From Octopus sinensis (Eukaryota), in contig NC_042997.1 in NCBI RefSeq assembly GCF_006345805.1, positions 203,794,001 to 203,858,000 of the forward strand: a stretch of DNA of 64,000 nt, written 5' to 3'. Numbering within the stretch: the stretch's first letter is position 1; every line of letters begins with the position of its first letter. Below are positions 1-12,560 of this stretch, piece after piece. The position numbers and the translations under genes were made by a program. The notes beneath the pieces are model-generated. The model was not told where the DNA came from. It saw nothing but the letters and a program-made list of their open reading frames with translations, and did no database searches.

Positions 1-755
1 TTAGATGTGAACTTAAATTTAAAAATATGCATAGTGATTATTTTGTTAAATAATTTAGATATTGACTATAACTGAGTTAAGGATATTCGTAAGTCTATTA
101 TGTTTTTTAAAGTCATATTATATCTTGATAGATAAATACATTTTTCTATCCATTTTTTACCTTAAAAATTAATATTTAACATAATAAATGGGTTGTATGA
201 CATAATCCTAATGTTTTAAGTTTCTAATTTGATAATAGAGTTTTTATAAGAAAAATTATTATTTTATTTATTTCTTAAAAATATTGTTTAACTCTATTTG
301 CTTATTTATTTAACTATTATCATTAACTATAATTTTAATTCGAATTTTTAATTGAATTTAAACTTAATTGTAATTCGAATTGAATTATAGCCATGAAACG
401 TACGTAGTGTTTTTACTTATTATATTATATTTAACTCTTTTATACTTTTTGGTTAGTTATAAAAAAAAGTTTAAAAATTTAAAAATTTAAAGATATAAAA
501 ATATAAAAATTTATAAATATAATTTTATAATTTCAAATTTTAATAATTTAAAATTTAAAATTTTATATTTTATATATATATTGTATATTTTATTAATCAT
601 ATTTATTTTTTGTTTTTATGCTTTGGCTTACGTCTATCACTGAGTTGCCTAATAGTGGTTTTATCTCTAATTTAATTTATATTTATACTGTGAATTTTGA
701 TTTAATCCTAAATCTAATTTTTCCCTGTAAGTTTGGATATACTCCCTAATATTAT

Positions 756-793
<38 letters not shown>

Positions 794-830
794 ATAATAT
801 TAGGGTGTATATCCAAACTTACAGGGACAA
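1..830. repeat. AT-rich dispersed repeat (probable PLE relic) with a short inverted end around (TA)n
   Basis: 640-750 resembles the reverse complement of 47410-47510; 721-753 is inverted at 796-830; the 3' half of a hammerhead (GAAACGUACGUA) is at 395-406. Confidence 0.45.
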
Positions 831-904
831 AATGTGCCCGCGTGTGTACCGTTGGCGATTTTTTTCCCTCTGTCTTCCCTTCTCGGGATCTTTCCTTCTC
901 CTAT

Positions 905-939
905 GTTTCCGACGAAGAGCTCCGCTCGAAACGTTAAAC
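905..939 (+). ncRNA. minimal type I hammerhead-like fold, core variant CCGACGA
   Basis: GUUU-CCGACGA-A-GAGC(UCC)GCUC-GAAA-CGU-U-AAAC; second family copy on - strand at 60705-60739 (G12 mutated). Confidence 0.6.
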
Positions 940-1131
940 CCTCCTTCTTCCCTTCCTTCCTGAGCGTCCAATAATACTATATTTGCTCCACGTCCTCGCG
1001 TTGTTGTGTTTTCTCTTTGTGTTTTCATGTTTGTATTAACTATATATATATATATATATACCGGAGTAAACACATAAATGTGAAACAAGGTGGAAAAAAG
1101 AGTACTCAAATACCAGTGGTAGAGTAATATG

Positions 1132-1289
1132 CTTTATTTAAAGCAGCAGAAAATTCAACAAAATCTGTTACTCTGAGTTTCTCGTTGCCGTTCATCAGAC
1201 AGTTTTTGCTAGCAAAAACTGTCTGATGAACGGCAACGAGAAACTCAGAGTAACAGATTTTGTTGAATTTTCTGCTGGTTTAAATAAAG
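1132..1289. repeat. near-perfect palindrome (79-bp arms, no loop) within (TA)n
   Basis: centre GCT|AGC at 1210/1211; one mismatch seen. Confidence 0.95.
1215..1260 (+). ncRNA. type I hammerhead ribozyme motif (mirror copy on - strand in the left arm of the palindrome)
   Basis: CUGU-CUGAUGA-ACG(GCAA)CGA-GAAA-CUCAGAGU-A-ACAG; stem III ACUC/GAGU. Confidence 0.7.
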
Positions 1290-1316
1290 TATATATATAT
1301 ATATATATATATATAG

Positions 1317-1366
<50 letters not shown>

Positions 1367-1812
1367 AATATCTTATAAGCAAGGGCTAAAGAAGGTTATT
1401 CTAAAGCCAATATACTGATAATCCACGTTTAATCTACTTGCTACAGAAAGTTGAACTGAAATTCGGGCAACTAAACCTTTGGAACCCTTAAATTTCGTTA
1501 TCTCAATATTGAATCAATTTCGGAATCAACCACATATATATGTATGTACATATGCACATATAGATACAGGGCGTCATAAAGCGTAAACAACAGGATATAT
1601 GAAATACAGAGTAAAAGTCAACATGTCCACTGACATGAAAACCGATAGGTCAAATATTTTGACAACAAGCGATGCGTGACATCGGTGTATGAGATTAACG
1701 GTCAAAAACTTGTAGCAGGAAAGTCTTCATCCAGTCTATAAGAAACAACACAAATGCTAAGTATATTCATTTCTTGAAAATGAAACTGTAAAAGTTTGTA
1801 AACGTCGAATAT

Positions 1813-2330
1813 GAGTTCGATGAAGAGCGATTGAATCAACGTTTTCACGAAAACCCACGTCAAATGGCCAGAGAATTGGCGGAACAGACAGATTGTGATA
1901 AAAAAAAAACTGTGGTGAAGCACCTTCCTTCAGTGGGCAAGGTTCATCGAACTCAGTTGGCCAACCGGTCTGTGATCTGTCCTTGAGATCAAAATTCCTA
2001 TTTTTGAAGCACGAAACCCAACTGCAGGCGGTACTTCAAGGCATTGCTCCTATTCCGTACACAGCACAACTCTCACGAGCAGCTTCGGCGGGCTCAACAC
2101 CGTGATTAAATGCAAAAGGCAAATAGTGTCGAAAATGCTTAGTTTTGTCTACTTCACTTTCCATTCTAATGATCTGAAAATACACAAAAATCAGTAAAAT
2201 TAAAAAAGCAAAAAAAAAAAAAAAATCCCCTTTCATACATCATAAAACATTTTGCCAATGCGTTTTATTTCTGCGTGCATTTTTAAATTTGAAGTAAACG
2301 CTCATGAATTATTCCTCAACCCATATTTTG
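1813..2330. mobile_element. mariner transposase relic with an internal inversion
   Basis: - strand MESEVDKTKHFRHYLPFAFNHG..AARESCAVYG..FDLKD..GWPTEFDE; continuation EFDEERLNQ..NPRQMARELAE..HLPSVGKV on + strand 1813-1944. Confidence 0.75.
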
Positions 2331-3156
2331 AACTAGTCGGATGCACTGCGATTTCCATGTAGTGTTCGAAAGTTTAGCTTGTTATTTTCTTTATGATACA
2401 GTTGAAACATTATCGCCAGGAGCTTCCATTTACCTTCTTGCAACGTTCAGAAAGTCGGCAATTTTTAAATCTTTGCGTTCCGCGCGTATGGCAACAATGA
2501 ATGTCTTTTCGTTTGTTATGTTAGCATTTTATTTGCCATGGGGTATCCGAAAGAAATTGAATCCTTTCAATTGGTTTGAAGAGAGTAATATACTGATAAT
2601 TAAGTGCCTTCAGAAGCACCCCAAAGACTTTGTATAGACACACAAACACTCACACATACACACACATTATACATACACAAACATAAATACACTGACACAT
2701 GTATTTTTGCGTGCATGTGTAAACGATAGACACACATACATACATACACACGCACACACATTATACATATACAGATACACGCATGTATTTTTGTGTGCGA
2801 GTGTAAAAGACACACACATACACATACACACACGGTTATAATCCATCCCTCATAAATACGTGTGATTGACATGACCAGATAAAGGGCGAAGTGGTCCAAC
2901 CAACCAAACAGCAACCCAAATGACGCCCATCCTTATGTTAACCTAGAAGCAGCCGAAAAAAATTTTCTTAGTTGCTTGTAGGTCATCACTTTCCTCAGAA
3001 GAATCTGCGTACATTGTTGAACACCCATGTACATGAGGTTGTACACACACACACACACACCACATGTATATGTGTATATATATGTATGTGTAGATATATG
3101 TATGTATGTATATACATATGTGCGTGTATGTATGTGTATGTGTGTGCATATATATA

Positions 3157-3207
<51 letters not shown>

Positions 3208-4249
3208 CATATATATATATATACGTATGTCTTTTTCCTTAAAACCTGTTTAAATTATATGTATGTATATACATATTTATCTTTCTATATATATATATGT
3301 ATGTATATGTATTTATATGTATGTATATGCGTGTGTGTGTGCGTGTTGACCATATAGACACAAATAACTATATATATATATATATATATATTTACATGTG
3401 TGTATATTTATTTGTATGTTTGAAGATATCTGTATGTGCGCGAGAGGGGCTAAATAAATTGGATAAGAAAGCAATTACAAATCCTGTCACGTGTTGTTCA
3501 AGTAGTTTTTCCTTTTTTAATTGGGCGGGAGTTTAATAATGACAGGAAATGTATTCTTGTGATCAGCACGAATACAAGTTGGTTGGAATCATACAAGTGC
3601 TTAGACGTCGCTGATATAACCAGAAAGCCATAGAATAACTTGGGCGGCTAAACTGCTGGCAGTGAAAAACCTTTGTCTTTAGAGAAATACCAGTTTGAAA
3701 TTTTTGGCACAGGGTCAGCAGTTTCAGGAAGGGAGCTAGAGGATTACATTGACTCCAGTACTCAGCTGGTACTTAATTCATCGATCCCCGAAAGGAGAAA
3801 AAGCAAATTCGACCTCGGGTCAATTTGAATGCAGAACGAAATGCTGTTAAGCATTTTGCTCGGCGTGCTTAACGGTTCTTCAGCATCGCCACCTTATCCT
3901 TAGAGATATATTGATTTCTAATATTTATTGAGTGGAGGCATATGGCCTAGTGGTTAGAGCAGCGGACTCGAGGGATAGCGGGTTCGAATCTCAGGCCGGG
4001 CGATGCGTGTGTTCATGAGCGAAACATCTAAGCTCCACGCGGCTCCGGCAGAAGGTAATGGCGAACTTCTGCTGACTCTTTTGCCACAACTTTCTCTCAC
4101 TCTTTCCTCCTGCATCTTGCAGTTCATCTGTGACGGACCGGCGTCCCATCCAGGTGGGGAACCTATACGCCGCGGAAATCAGGAAACCGGCTCTTATGAG
4201 CCAGGCATTGCTTGAGGAGGAACAAACAATATTTATTAAAAGGCCACAT

Positions 4250-6005
4250 TGTTATGTGTAGTTTGGGTTCTAATGGGATAGACAACCAATATGAAAGCCA
4301 TATGCTTATCAGTTCCTCTTTGTTTATGATTTGTGGTCGGTCTTTGATAGGCATATCACTGTCAATCCTGCTTGGAGCTGCTTTCACATCAGCACTGATT
4401 GATACAATATTTAGCTTTTTGCAGGTATGAGTTCAAGAATTGCTGGCCCTTCTGTTCTTGTGACATAAAAAGAACACTTGATTGTTTTTCCTTTGTGTGT
4501 CCCTGTGATTGTTGTTTTGCCCAGTTGTGGAATCCTGGTACCTCCGTACGCAGTGAGGATTACATCACTTGGTGTGAGGATTCCTTCTTTGATTTTATCC
4601 TCTTGTGTCATGTGTTCTGGGAACATCTTTTTGTAGAGGTTGACAGGCAAGATATCACTCTGGGCTCCAGTGTCAATCTTCAGCCTTAAGTCAATGTTTA
4701 TTCGTTTCTTGCCAGACTTCTTTTGTATTCTTATTGTTGTGTATGCCTCATTTGCTTTCTGGTCGTCATTTCCCATCTCATGCACATTTATTGTGCCGAC
4801 TGCCAAGAATTCATCCTCTGAGGTGTTTTGTTCTTGTTGTTGGGCATGTATATCCCTTCTTCTATTTCCGCTCCTCTTTGAAAATTGGGGCTTGTTTTTC
4901 TGGGATTTTGTTATCCTACACATTTTTCCCAGTGGTTGGGTTTTCCACTGTGCTTTGCAGTGTGCACCGAATGCAGGACATTTCTTCCGGTTGTCGAACT
5001 CATGCTCTGTACCACAGTACTGGCATGTTCTTTGTTTGCGGGTATGTTTCGTCCTGTGCCTAGATACAATATCTACACTGCTGCCGAGTGAGCTTGTTTG
5101 TAAGCTAAGTGAGGCCATTTGTTTGGTAGTGGCTTCGAATGCTCTTGCAGTGTCTACTGCTTCTATCAACTGGAGAGCGTCCTTACCTATGAAGGATTTC
5201 TGAACTTCCTTATGAGCACACCCCATATTAATTGATCAACGATTCTTTCGTCCTTATTTTTGAATTTGCATTTTTCGGCAACATTCTTTAGTCTGGACAG
5301 GGAATTGTCAATCGTTTCTTGTGGGTCTTGTTTCAGGCCCTGGAATTCGTATCTGTGAATTCTATGGTTCGATCTGGGCTCTAGGTGCCTTTCAAATTTC
5401 TCTAAAAGTGTGTCTGGGTTATTGCAATCCGATTCTGACATATTCCGGCTATTGAATAGGTCTAGACCTTTATTGCCCGTCCATAATAGGATATAGCTTA
5501 CCTTCTCATCGTCGGTTGTGCCTTTCAGGAAACTTTTGAAAGCTAGTTGAGTTTTCTGTTTGAATTTCTTAAATGCTTCTACGACACCACGGAATCCCAG
5601 TTCATGATCGGATGTAGATTCATCTGTACGGCGACGGGGGTCGCCATCTTGGATCGTCGTGTATGTGCGTGTCCGAAGACGAAGCGATGTTTTGTTTGTT
5701 AAATTCCTGGTTCGTTGTGTTTCTGTTTTGTTGTAAAGGCAGTTTCCGATTAATTATTTACCGCTGCCACCATGTTATGTGTAATTTGGGTTCCAATGGG
5801 ATAGACAACCAATATGAAAGCCATTGTTATTGTTTTACGTGTTTATTAACTATTCATGTTACACGGACTTGTCAACATTCAGCGTAGTAATACATTTTAT
5901 ACTTTACACACAGTTTGTACTGTTCACTAACAAAATAGTGCCAAAAGTGGGGATGTATTCTATACAAGTGTGCCAACGTATACACACAGATATGAATGTG
6001 TAACA
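4250..6005 (-). mobile_element. Gypsy (Mag-like) LTR retrotransposon, internally deleted
   Basis: 5' LTR 5773-6005 (TGTTA..TAACA), PBS TGGTGGCAGCGG at 5761-5772, frameshifted gag with CxxC..H..C knuckle, protease KIDTGAQSDILP, 52-bp 3' LTR remnant 4250-4301, TSD CACAT at 4245-4249 and 6006-6010. Confidence 0.9.
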
Positions 6006-6884
6006 CACATATTTGGGGTGAGGACAGCCGATGAAATCGGCCCAGTACGTGACTATGAGGGCGCATTGCTTTGTGGTCAGGGTATTGACTCACGATCGCA
6101 AGCTCGCGGTTTCGATTCCCCGACCGGGTGGTGTGTTTTGTTCTTGAGCAAAACATCTCATTTCACGTTCTTCCACCTCACTCAGCCATAAACAAGTAAC
6201 CCCCGTGACAAACTGGCCTCTTGTTCAGGGGGAATGTTATGATCTCGGTCACTTACACATCGTGGAAACTGGGCAATCGGCCCTGAGCCCTAGGACTCGA
6301 GTCACTAATATCTATGCGACGATGGTGATGATGGTGGTGGTGGTGGTGGTGGTGATGATGATGATGAGGATGATGATGATGATGATGATGACGACGACGA
6401 CGACGTTGTACTTGGCTCGTACTTTATTTATTTCACCGACTCCGTAATTTTGAGGGAAGGAGATTTATTCGAATACAATGACCCCAGCCTTAGATTGGTT
6501 CTTCATTTCATCGACCCTGGAAGGATTTGACTTGGCAGGATTTGAACTCACAACGTAAAGAGTCAAAAGGAATACTGCATGGCAGTTTGCTACACGTTCT
6601 AACGATTCCAATCCACTGCTATGTCGACCCCATAATAATGACGTGATTTGAACTCAGATACATTCTTTTAAAGTATCTAGAACAAACATAGTTATTCGTG
6701 AAAGCGGAAGTGAAGGAGTGAACGGGGAAATAGCCGTGAAAATGTATTTGGTTATGACACCGGAGAACTCCTGTAATTTGCAAAGACCTGTTTCGAAGTA
6801 GTTTTGTTTCGATTGTAGCGTGAATCCGGTTTAGATTCGAATCATAGTTCTCAGATTCTTCCTGTCTAGAATTATGACATAATA

Positions 6885-7280
6885 TACAGGGTGTTTCAAA
6901 AGTCTATGTCACATTCTACGAATGTTCTCTTTGCTGGACACAAACACCCCTCTTCCTTAAATTTTGCAATACCAATTTAAAATGGAACGTCTGTCTGGTG
7001 CCTGCTTGGTAAACATTGTACGAAATTTGCGTTGAACACGTGTCCGTGGATACGATTTTAGCGTATTCTAGCGACTTTTTTTGTTTTGTGAATGGCATTA
7101 CTGGATTTGAAAAGAGACAAGGAACAAAATTCAATTAAACTAATTAAGTTAAAATTAAATTAACAGAACGAAACTTGATACTTTTCGCTTTTAAATGTTA
7201 CCAGTTCAATCATGCTACCGTTTGTAGTTCATGATATAAGAGTTCTTAGAATGTGATATAGACTTTTGAAACACCCTGTT
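6885..7280. mobile_element. Tc1/mariner-type MITE
   Basis: TIRs TACAGGGTGTTTCAAAAGTCTATGTCACATTCTA / TAGAATGTGATATAGACTTTTGAAACACCCTG. Confidence 0.85.
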
Positions 7281-7959
7281 TTTCCATAAAAGAAAAAAAA
7301 GATTTACCTTAAAAGTTATTAACGCTCATACGAATCAGAGGCGTAGACAGGCCCTAAAGTTAGTGGGGGCGAGCACGTTAAACAAAAGGCAATTTTAAAC
7401 TCATTTCTCTTATATTACACAAAATATTTCATTAGTTATAATCGGAGTCGGTTGCTGGCGCCCCGGGCGAGCTGAACTTCGGCGTGTAGAAGCTGACAGT
7501 CGTGGAAATGTTCTTGTCTTTGTCAAGCCCTCCTTGGGGCCCCGTAGCACATGGCGCCCCGGGTGACTACCCGTGTTGCTGATACCTTGAGCCGGCCCTG
7601 GTTATAATATAGGTAACTGTATTCTACATTCAATAATTTCATGTTTCATTATGTATGAAACTTACAACTGCTGATATAGATGTAACATGAAGCTACACGG
7701 GATCGTTGAGTGTTGAAAGGTTATGACGTCAGGGTTTGTTTTGGATCTACAGATGTCGGCACCCACCAACATATCACAGTTCAAAAACCACGGGAGGCTG
7801 ATGAAATAAAGTAATGACTCCAGAAAGTTCTTCCAAGGTCATGGGAGTAACGAAAACAAAAATCTACCTTTATCGCACAAATTAACTAGAGGCGCCAATT
7901 TCGAAAAATATGCTCAAGGAAATGGGTCACTCCCCTTGTTTCCCAATTAGCTACGCCAA

Positions 7960-8002
<43 letters not shown>

Positions 8003-8765
8003 CTGATTCAATCAGCATTGGACAGTCTTATTCACAAACCTGAACTAGTTGTGTCAATCACCAAATATTCATCATATTAATTCATAATGCTCTGTACCAC
8101 ATTCACAATATTAATTCATTGGACGTGTAGCTGTAAACTAAGTATGGCAGGTAAACAATATATTCCTTTCTGTTATAGACACAAGGCCTGAAACTTTGGG
8201 GGCTGAGAGTAGTCAATTACATCGATCCAAGTGCTCAACTGGTAATTATTCTATCGACCCCGAAATGATTAAAGGCAAAGTCGACCTCGGTGGAATGACG
8301 GGACAAAAGGGCGCCAAGCATTTTAGTCGGCGCGCAAAAGATTCTGACAGTTCGCTACTTTAGGTAAATAATATATTGAGAAACTCAAATTTTTGTGCGG
8401 ATAGTTTCAAAACACACTACCTACGAGACAATGAGAACAGCTAAAGAAAATAAAACTACTAACCGCACTAAACTATCAACATTTCTTTGAAAAAAAAAAA
8501 AAAGAAAAAAGAAAAGCTACCGTTGTTTCGTTTTGTAGACCCTTTGTACTCTGCATACAATAAAAGTGGGAAATTTTATAAAATGAGATTCAGTAATAGA
8601 CGAACGTCTAGGATTACCAAAGCCGCAAGTGCCTATGTTATACGTAAACTACAGAATTCACAAATGCTCATATATAGTTTCCACGACTGAGGACAGCGAA
8701 ATTTAATACCAATTGAATTTCAGTGTCATTTTGTAGAAATACTACAAATAAAATATCTAAAACTG

Positions 8766-9400
8766 AGGCGGCGAGCTGCCAGAAATGTTAGCATACCGGA
8801 CAAAATGCTTAGTAGCTTTTCTTCCGGTTTTTCGTTCTGAGTTCAAATTTCAGGTCATCTTTGCCTTTCATCTCTCGGGGCCAATAAAGTAAATACCCGT
8901 CAAGCATTGGAATCAATGTGGTCGATTTCCCCTACTTCCCACAAATTTCAGGTTTTGTACCTAAAGTAGAAAGGATTACTTCTAGAATCCGGTTAAAGCC
9001 AAGGAGTTATTTTAAAAGTTATTTATTGTCAAAAGCTATTTCAAAGCCAAGCTAATATTGCAAGGATAATGATAATAATAACAATTTAGATATATTCAAA
9101 AATTAGAGTCACTCAAGAATATCATATTTATAAATTTAGTTGGCATTGACTTCGAAAGGATGAAAGGTAAAGTCGACCTCGGCGGAATTTGAACTCACAA
9201 CGTAACTTTGCGCTATTTTGTCTGCCGTTACGTTGTGAGTTCAAATTCCGCCGAGGTCGACTTTACTTTTCATCCTTTCGGGGTCGATAAATTAAGGACC
9301 AGTTTCGCACTGGGGTCAATATAATCGACTTAATACCTTTGTCTGTCCTTGTTTGTCCGCTCTATGTTTAGCCCCTTGTGGGTAATAAAGAAATAGGCAC
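8766..9400 (+). mobile_element. SINE family B copies (central motif CTTTCATCCTTTCGGGGTCGATAAATTAAGTACCAG)
   Basis: further copies near 3690-3895(-), 6440-6610(-), 8170-8360(-), 17000-17225(+), 19650-19840(-), 19985-20120(-), 23415-23660(-), 34065-34290(+). Confidence 0.8.
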
Positions 9401-9820
9401 TGGCAACAACACACGCATGAATGGTGCTTATTGCGTGCCACCAACATGGGAGCCAGTCAGGCGGCAATGGCATCGGCTACCAGTGCCGCCTGACTGGCTC
9501 CACATGCTGGTGACGTAAAAACCATCATCCGAATGTGGTCGATGCCAGTCCCGGCTGACTGGCTCCATGTGCCGGTGACACGTAAAAATCACCATCCGAA
9601 CGTGGCCAATGCCAGTTCCGCCTGACTGGCTCCCATGCTGGGGGCACATAAAAAGCATCCACTACATTCTCGGAGTGGTGGCGTTAGGAAGGGCATCTCA
9701 CTGTAGAAACACTGCCGGATCAGATTGAGCCTGGTGCAGCCGCTGGATCTCCAGACCTCAGTCAAACCGTCCAACCCATGCCAGCATGGAAAGCGGACAT
9801 TAAACAATGATGATGATGAT
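9395..9820 (+). mobile_element. RTE-LINE 3'-end-derived repeat with (GAT)n tail
   Basis: GGTTGGCGTTAGGAAGGGCATCCAG...CCAACCCATGCTAGCATGGAAAACGGACGTTAAACGATGAT family; copies near 21190-21670, 22280-22635, 38045-38650(-), 39170-39400, 52330-52715, 53910-54125(-), 57085-57310(-), 58015-58160(-). Confidence 0.8.
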
Positions 9821-10343
9821 ATACATATGCATACATACTCTCTCTTTCTCTCTCTCCCCCCTCTCTCTCACACACACAGACTCACACACGCACACATGCT
9901 TAAAAGCTTAGTCGTCACTCGTGATCGAATGAGATCTGAGAGTCTGTAGCACACTTTTGCTAGATGTTTAAGGCGCCTGTGTAGTCACGAACAGACAGTG
10001 GAGCACCGTGCATGTCACAAGCTAGAAGGAGAGAGAAAGGGACGCACCATCTCAAGACTGCAACTTATTTACAGAAGTGTAGACCGTCGGTGTATATGTA
10101 TTTGCTTGTATGTGCTTGTGTGTATGTGTCTCTCCACACTCACACACACACACATGCACACAACACACACACACACATGCACACAACACACACATGTGAG
10201 TGTGTCGTGTGTTGCAAGTCAAGGCGCTGCGGCCTAGGGATTAAGGTATTGGGTCGGGATCCTATGGTCATGGGTTCAATTCTCGAACCAAGCATGTGTT
10301 GTATACTTGAACAGGGCAATTCATATCGTGCACGCATACACAT

Positions 10344-10745
10344 AGGAGTGGCTGTGTGGTAAGTAGCTTGCTTACCAACCACATGGTTCCGGGTTCAGCC
10401 CCACTGCGTGGCATCTTGGGCAAGTGTATTCTGCTATAGCCTCCGGCCGACCAAAGCCTTGTGAGTGGATTCGGTAGACGGAAACTGAAAGAAGCCCGTC
10501 GTATATATCTATATATATGTTTATATGTATGTGTGTGTATATGTTTGTGTGTCTATGTTTGTTCCCCCAACATTGCTTGACAACCGATGCTGGTGTGTTT
10601 ACGTCCCCGTAACTTAGCGGTTCAGTAAAAGAGACCAATCGAATAAGTACTAGGCTTACAAAGAATAAGTCCTGGGGTCGATTTGCTCGACTAAAGACGG
10701 TACTCCCGCATGGCCACAGTCAAATGACTGAAACAAGTAAAAGAG
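10344..10745 (+). mobile_element. tRNA-derived SINE family A
   Basis: head GGAGTGGCTGTGTGGTAAG..GGTTCAGTCCC, internal microsatellite, tail GACTGAAACAAGTAAAAGAG; copies 14617-14990(+), 16426-16818(-), 17600-17735(+), 21731-22133(+), 41410-41745(-), 44530-44970(-), 55195-55610(-), 59702-60070(-). Confidence 0.88.
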
Positions 10746-11342
10746 TATATACTTATACGAACAATAATAAATTCAGTGATAATAAACTAATTACAATGCT
10801 AGGATAAATTACAATGTTAAGTATAACTGCATACCCATATCCAAATACAAGGTTAATTAATTTTAGATAGTGCGGGTCAGTAGCAAAGACTGTCTGAGAA
10901 GCAGCTATACTGGTTTTATAACGCCTCTAACGATTGGTCGCTTGTCATACGAGAAGTAACGACCACATCTCGCTCAAATTATATCCCATCCTTAAGAAAG
11001 AAAGAATATAATTTGTAGCCTCATTTGATCTGTTTTCTTCCCAATTAGGAGGCTTTTGTAAACACAAACAAAATACATCGAGCGAGGAATGAACACAGTC
11101 ATGTATCAGCTCAGACACTATTGACAGTCGGAGGATAGGAACGACCGAATCTGCTCCTAATCTAAAAGTACCATCTTTCTCCTCTACGCACAGTCACATA
11201 AGTTGTTCAACTAAATCACTAAGATGAAAACAACATTTTCTTATAGAATCAGGCAATAAAATTAATCTCATTTTCCGACGTTATTCTATTAATATATTTT
11301 CTTGGAACAGTCATGTTCCATTTCCGCCCTTTATCAATAAAA

Positions 11343-11749
11343 CTAGCAGCATAGCCCGGCGTTGCCCGGGTATGTAAGAGCCCCTAGTAGGCAACGACTA
11401 ATCCCAATCTAGTTCTTTCTCTCTAGGGAATGAAGGCGCATGTGTAGGTTGCAATGTATTCTCTTCACTCGAATACTTCTATGTATACGATGTTCCTAGC
11501 TGTCTCCCGACAGAAAATGTTTTGCATATAAAAAGCTTAGATTCTCGACCCCATGTCGAATTTATCGATTTTTTCAGAACTGGGGAAACTTTTCGAAATT
11601 TTCGCTGCGCTAGTTTTGAATTATGACATTGGGCTATGTGTGTGTCAAGTTTCATCAGAATCGGTTGAAAGCCGTGGTCAGTGTGAAGGTACAACCTGAC
11701 AGCCACACAGACACACAGACAGACAAACTGCCGTTTATATATATAGAGA
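11343..11749 (-). mobile_element. non-autonomous Helitron
   Basis: - strand 5'-TC start, subterminal hairpin CCCGGGCAACGCCGGG, CTAG-3' end, A|T insertion site. Confidence 0.8.
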
Positions 11750-12176
11750 TAGAGGTTGAACGACAGACTGCTCTCATTATTTATTTTTCCTCTTTCATTA
11801 TTGTTGCATTAATCTTAATTAATACAATATTCCTAGATAAAATTAAGTCTGGAAAATAAGTACAATAAGCCAGAATACAATCAGTTTGTGAGTGGAAGAG
11901 GTTGTGACGGTTGAAGTTTATTTTGTAAACAATAATATGGAACGTTGGAGTCGTAATAAGTTTGTAAGGGTTAGTTCTTCGCTGATTGCCATTATGCAAA
12001 GATGAAAGAACAGTGAATGAAGTTGTGAAGAAAATATTTATTTACCGTTACATTGTAAAATACCTTTCCTCGACGGGCAGGTGATAAAATCGCAAATCAT
12101 TCAAAGTAAAGATAGATGTCGTAGATTTTCCCTGTATAGTTTGTGTGTTCTCGTTATTGTGTAGTAGTAATTGCAG

Positions 12177-12560
12177 ATGGAAGCACTCCGTCGGTTACGA
12201 CGACGAGGGTTCCGGTTGATCCGATCAACGGAACAGCCTGCTCGTGAAATTAACGTGTAAGTGGCTGAGCACTCCACAGACACGTGTACCCTTAACGTAG
12301 TTCTCGGGGATATTCAGCGTGACACAGAGAGTGACAAGACCGGCCCTTTGAAATACAGGTACAACAGAAACAGGAAGTAAGAGTGAGAGAAAGTTGTGGT
12401 GAAAGAGTACAGCAGGGATCACCACTATCCCCTGCCGGAGCCTCGTGGAGCTTTTAGGTGTTTTTGCTCAATAAACACTCACAACGCCCGGTCTGGGAAT
12501 CGAAACCACGATCCTACGACCGCGAGTCCGCTGCCCTAACCACTGGGCCATTGCGCCTCC
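12177..12560 (-). mobile_element. tRNA-derived SINE family C, full length
   Basis: A/B-box head GGAGGCGCAATGGCCCAGTGGTTAGG..GGTTTCGATTCCC; flanking direct repeat AGTAATTGCAGAT. Confidence 0.88.

Noticed and set aside
1-720. Possible mitochondrial insertion (very AT-rich)
   Set aside because: No recognisable mitochondrial gene or tRNA; part of it matches a dispersed repeat at 47410-47600.
4640-5203. 187-aa + strand ORF
   Set aside because: Antisense shadow of the Gypsy gag-protease ORF.
8686-8712. CTGAGGA-CAGC-GAAA hammerhead candidate
   Set aside because: Stems I-III cannot be formed.
10344-10415. tRNA genes at SINE heads (also 13501, 3934, 21731)
   Set aside because: No complete cloverleaf; they continue into SINE bodies.
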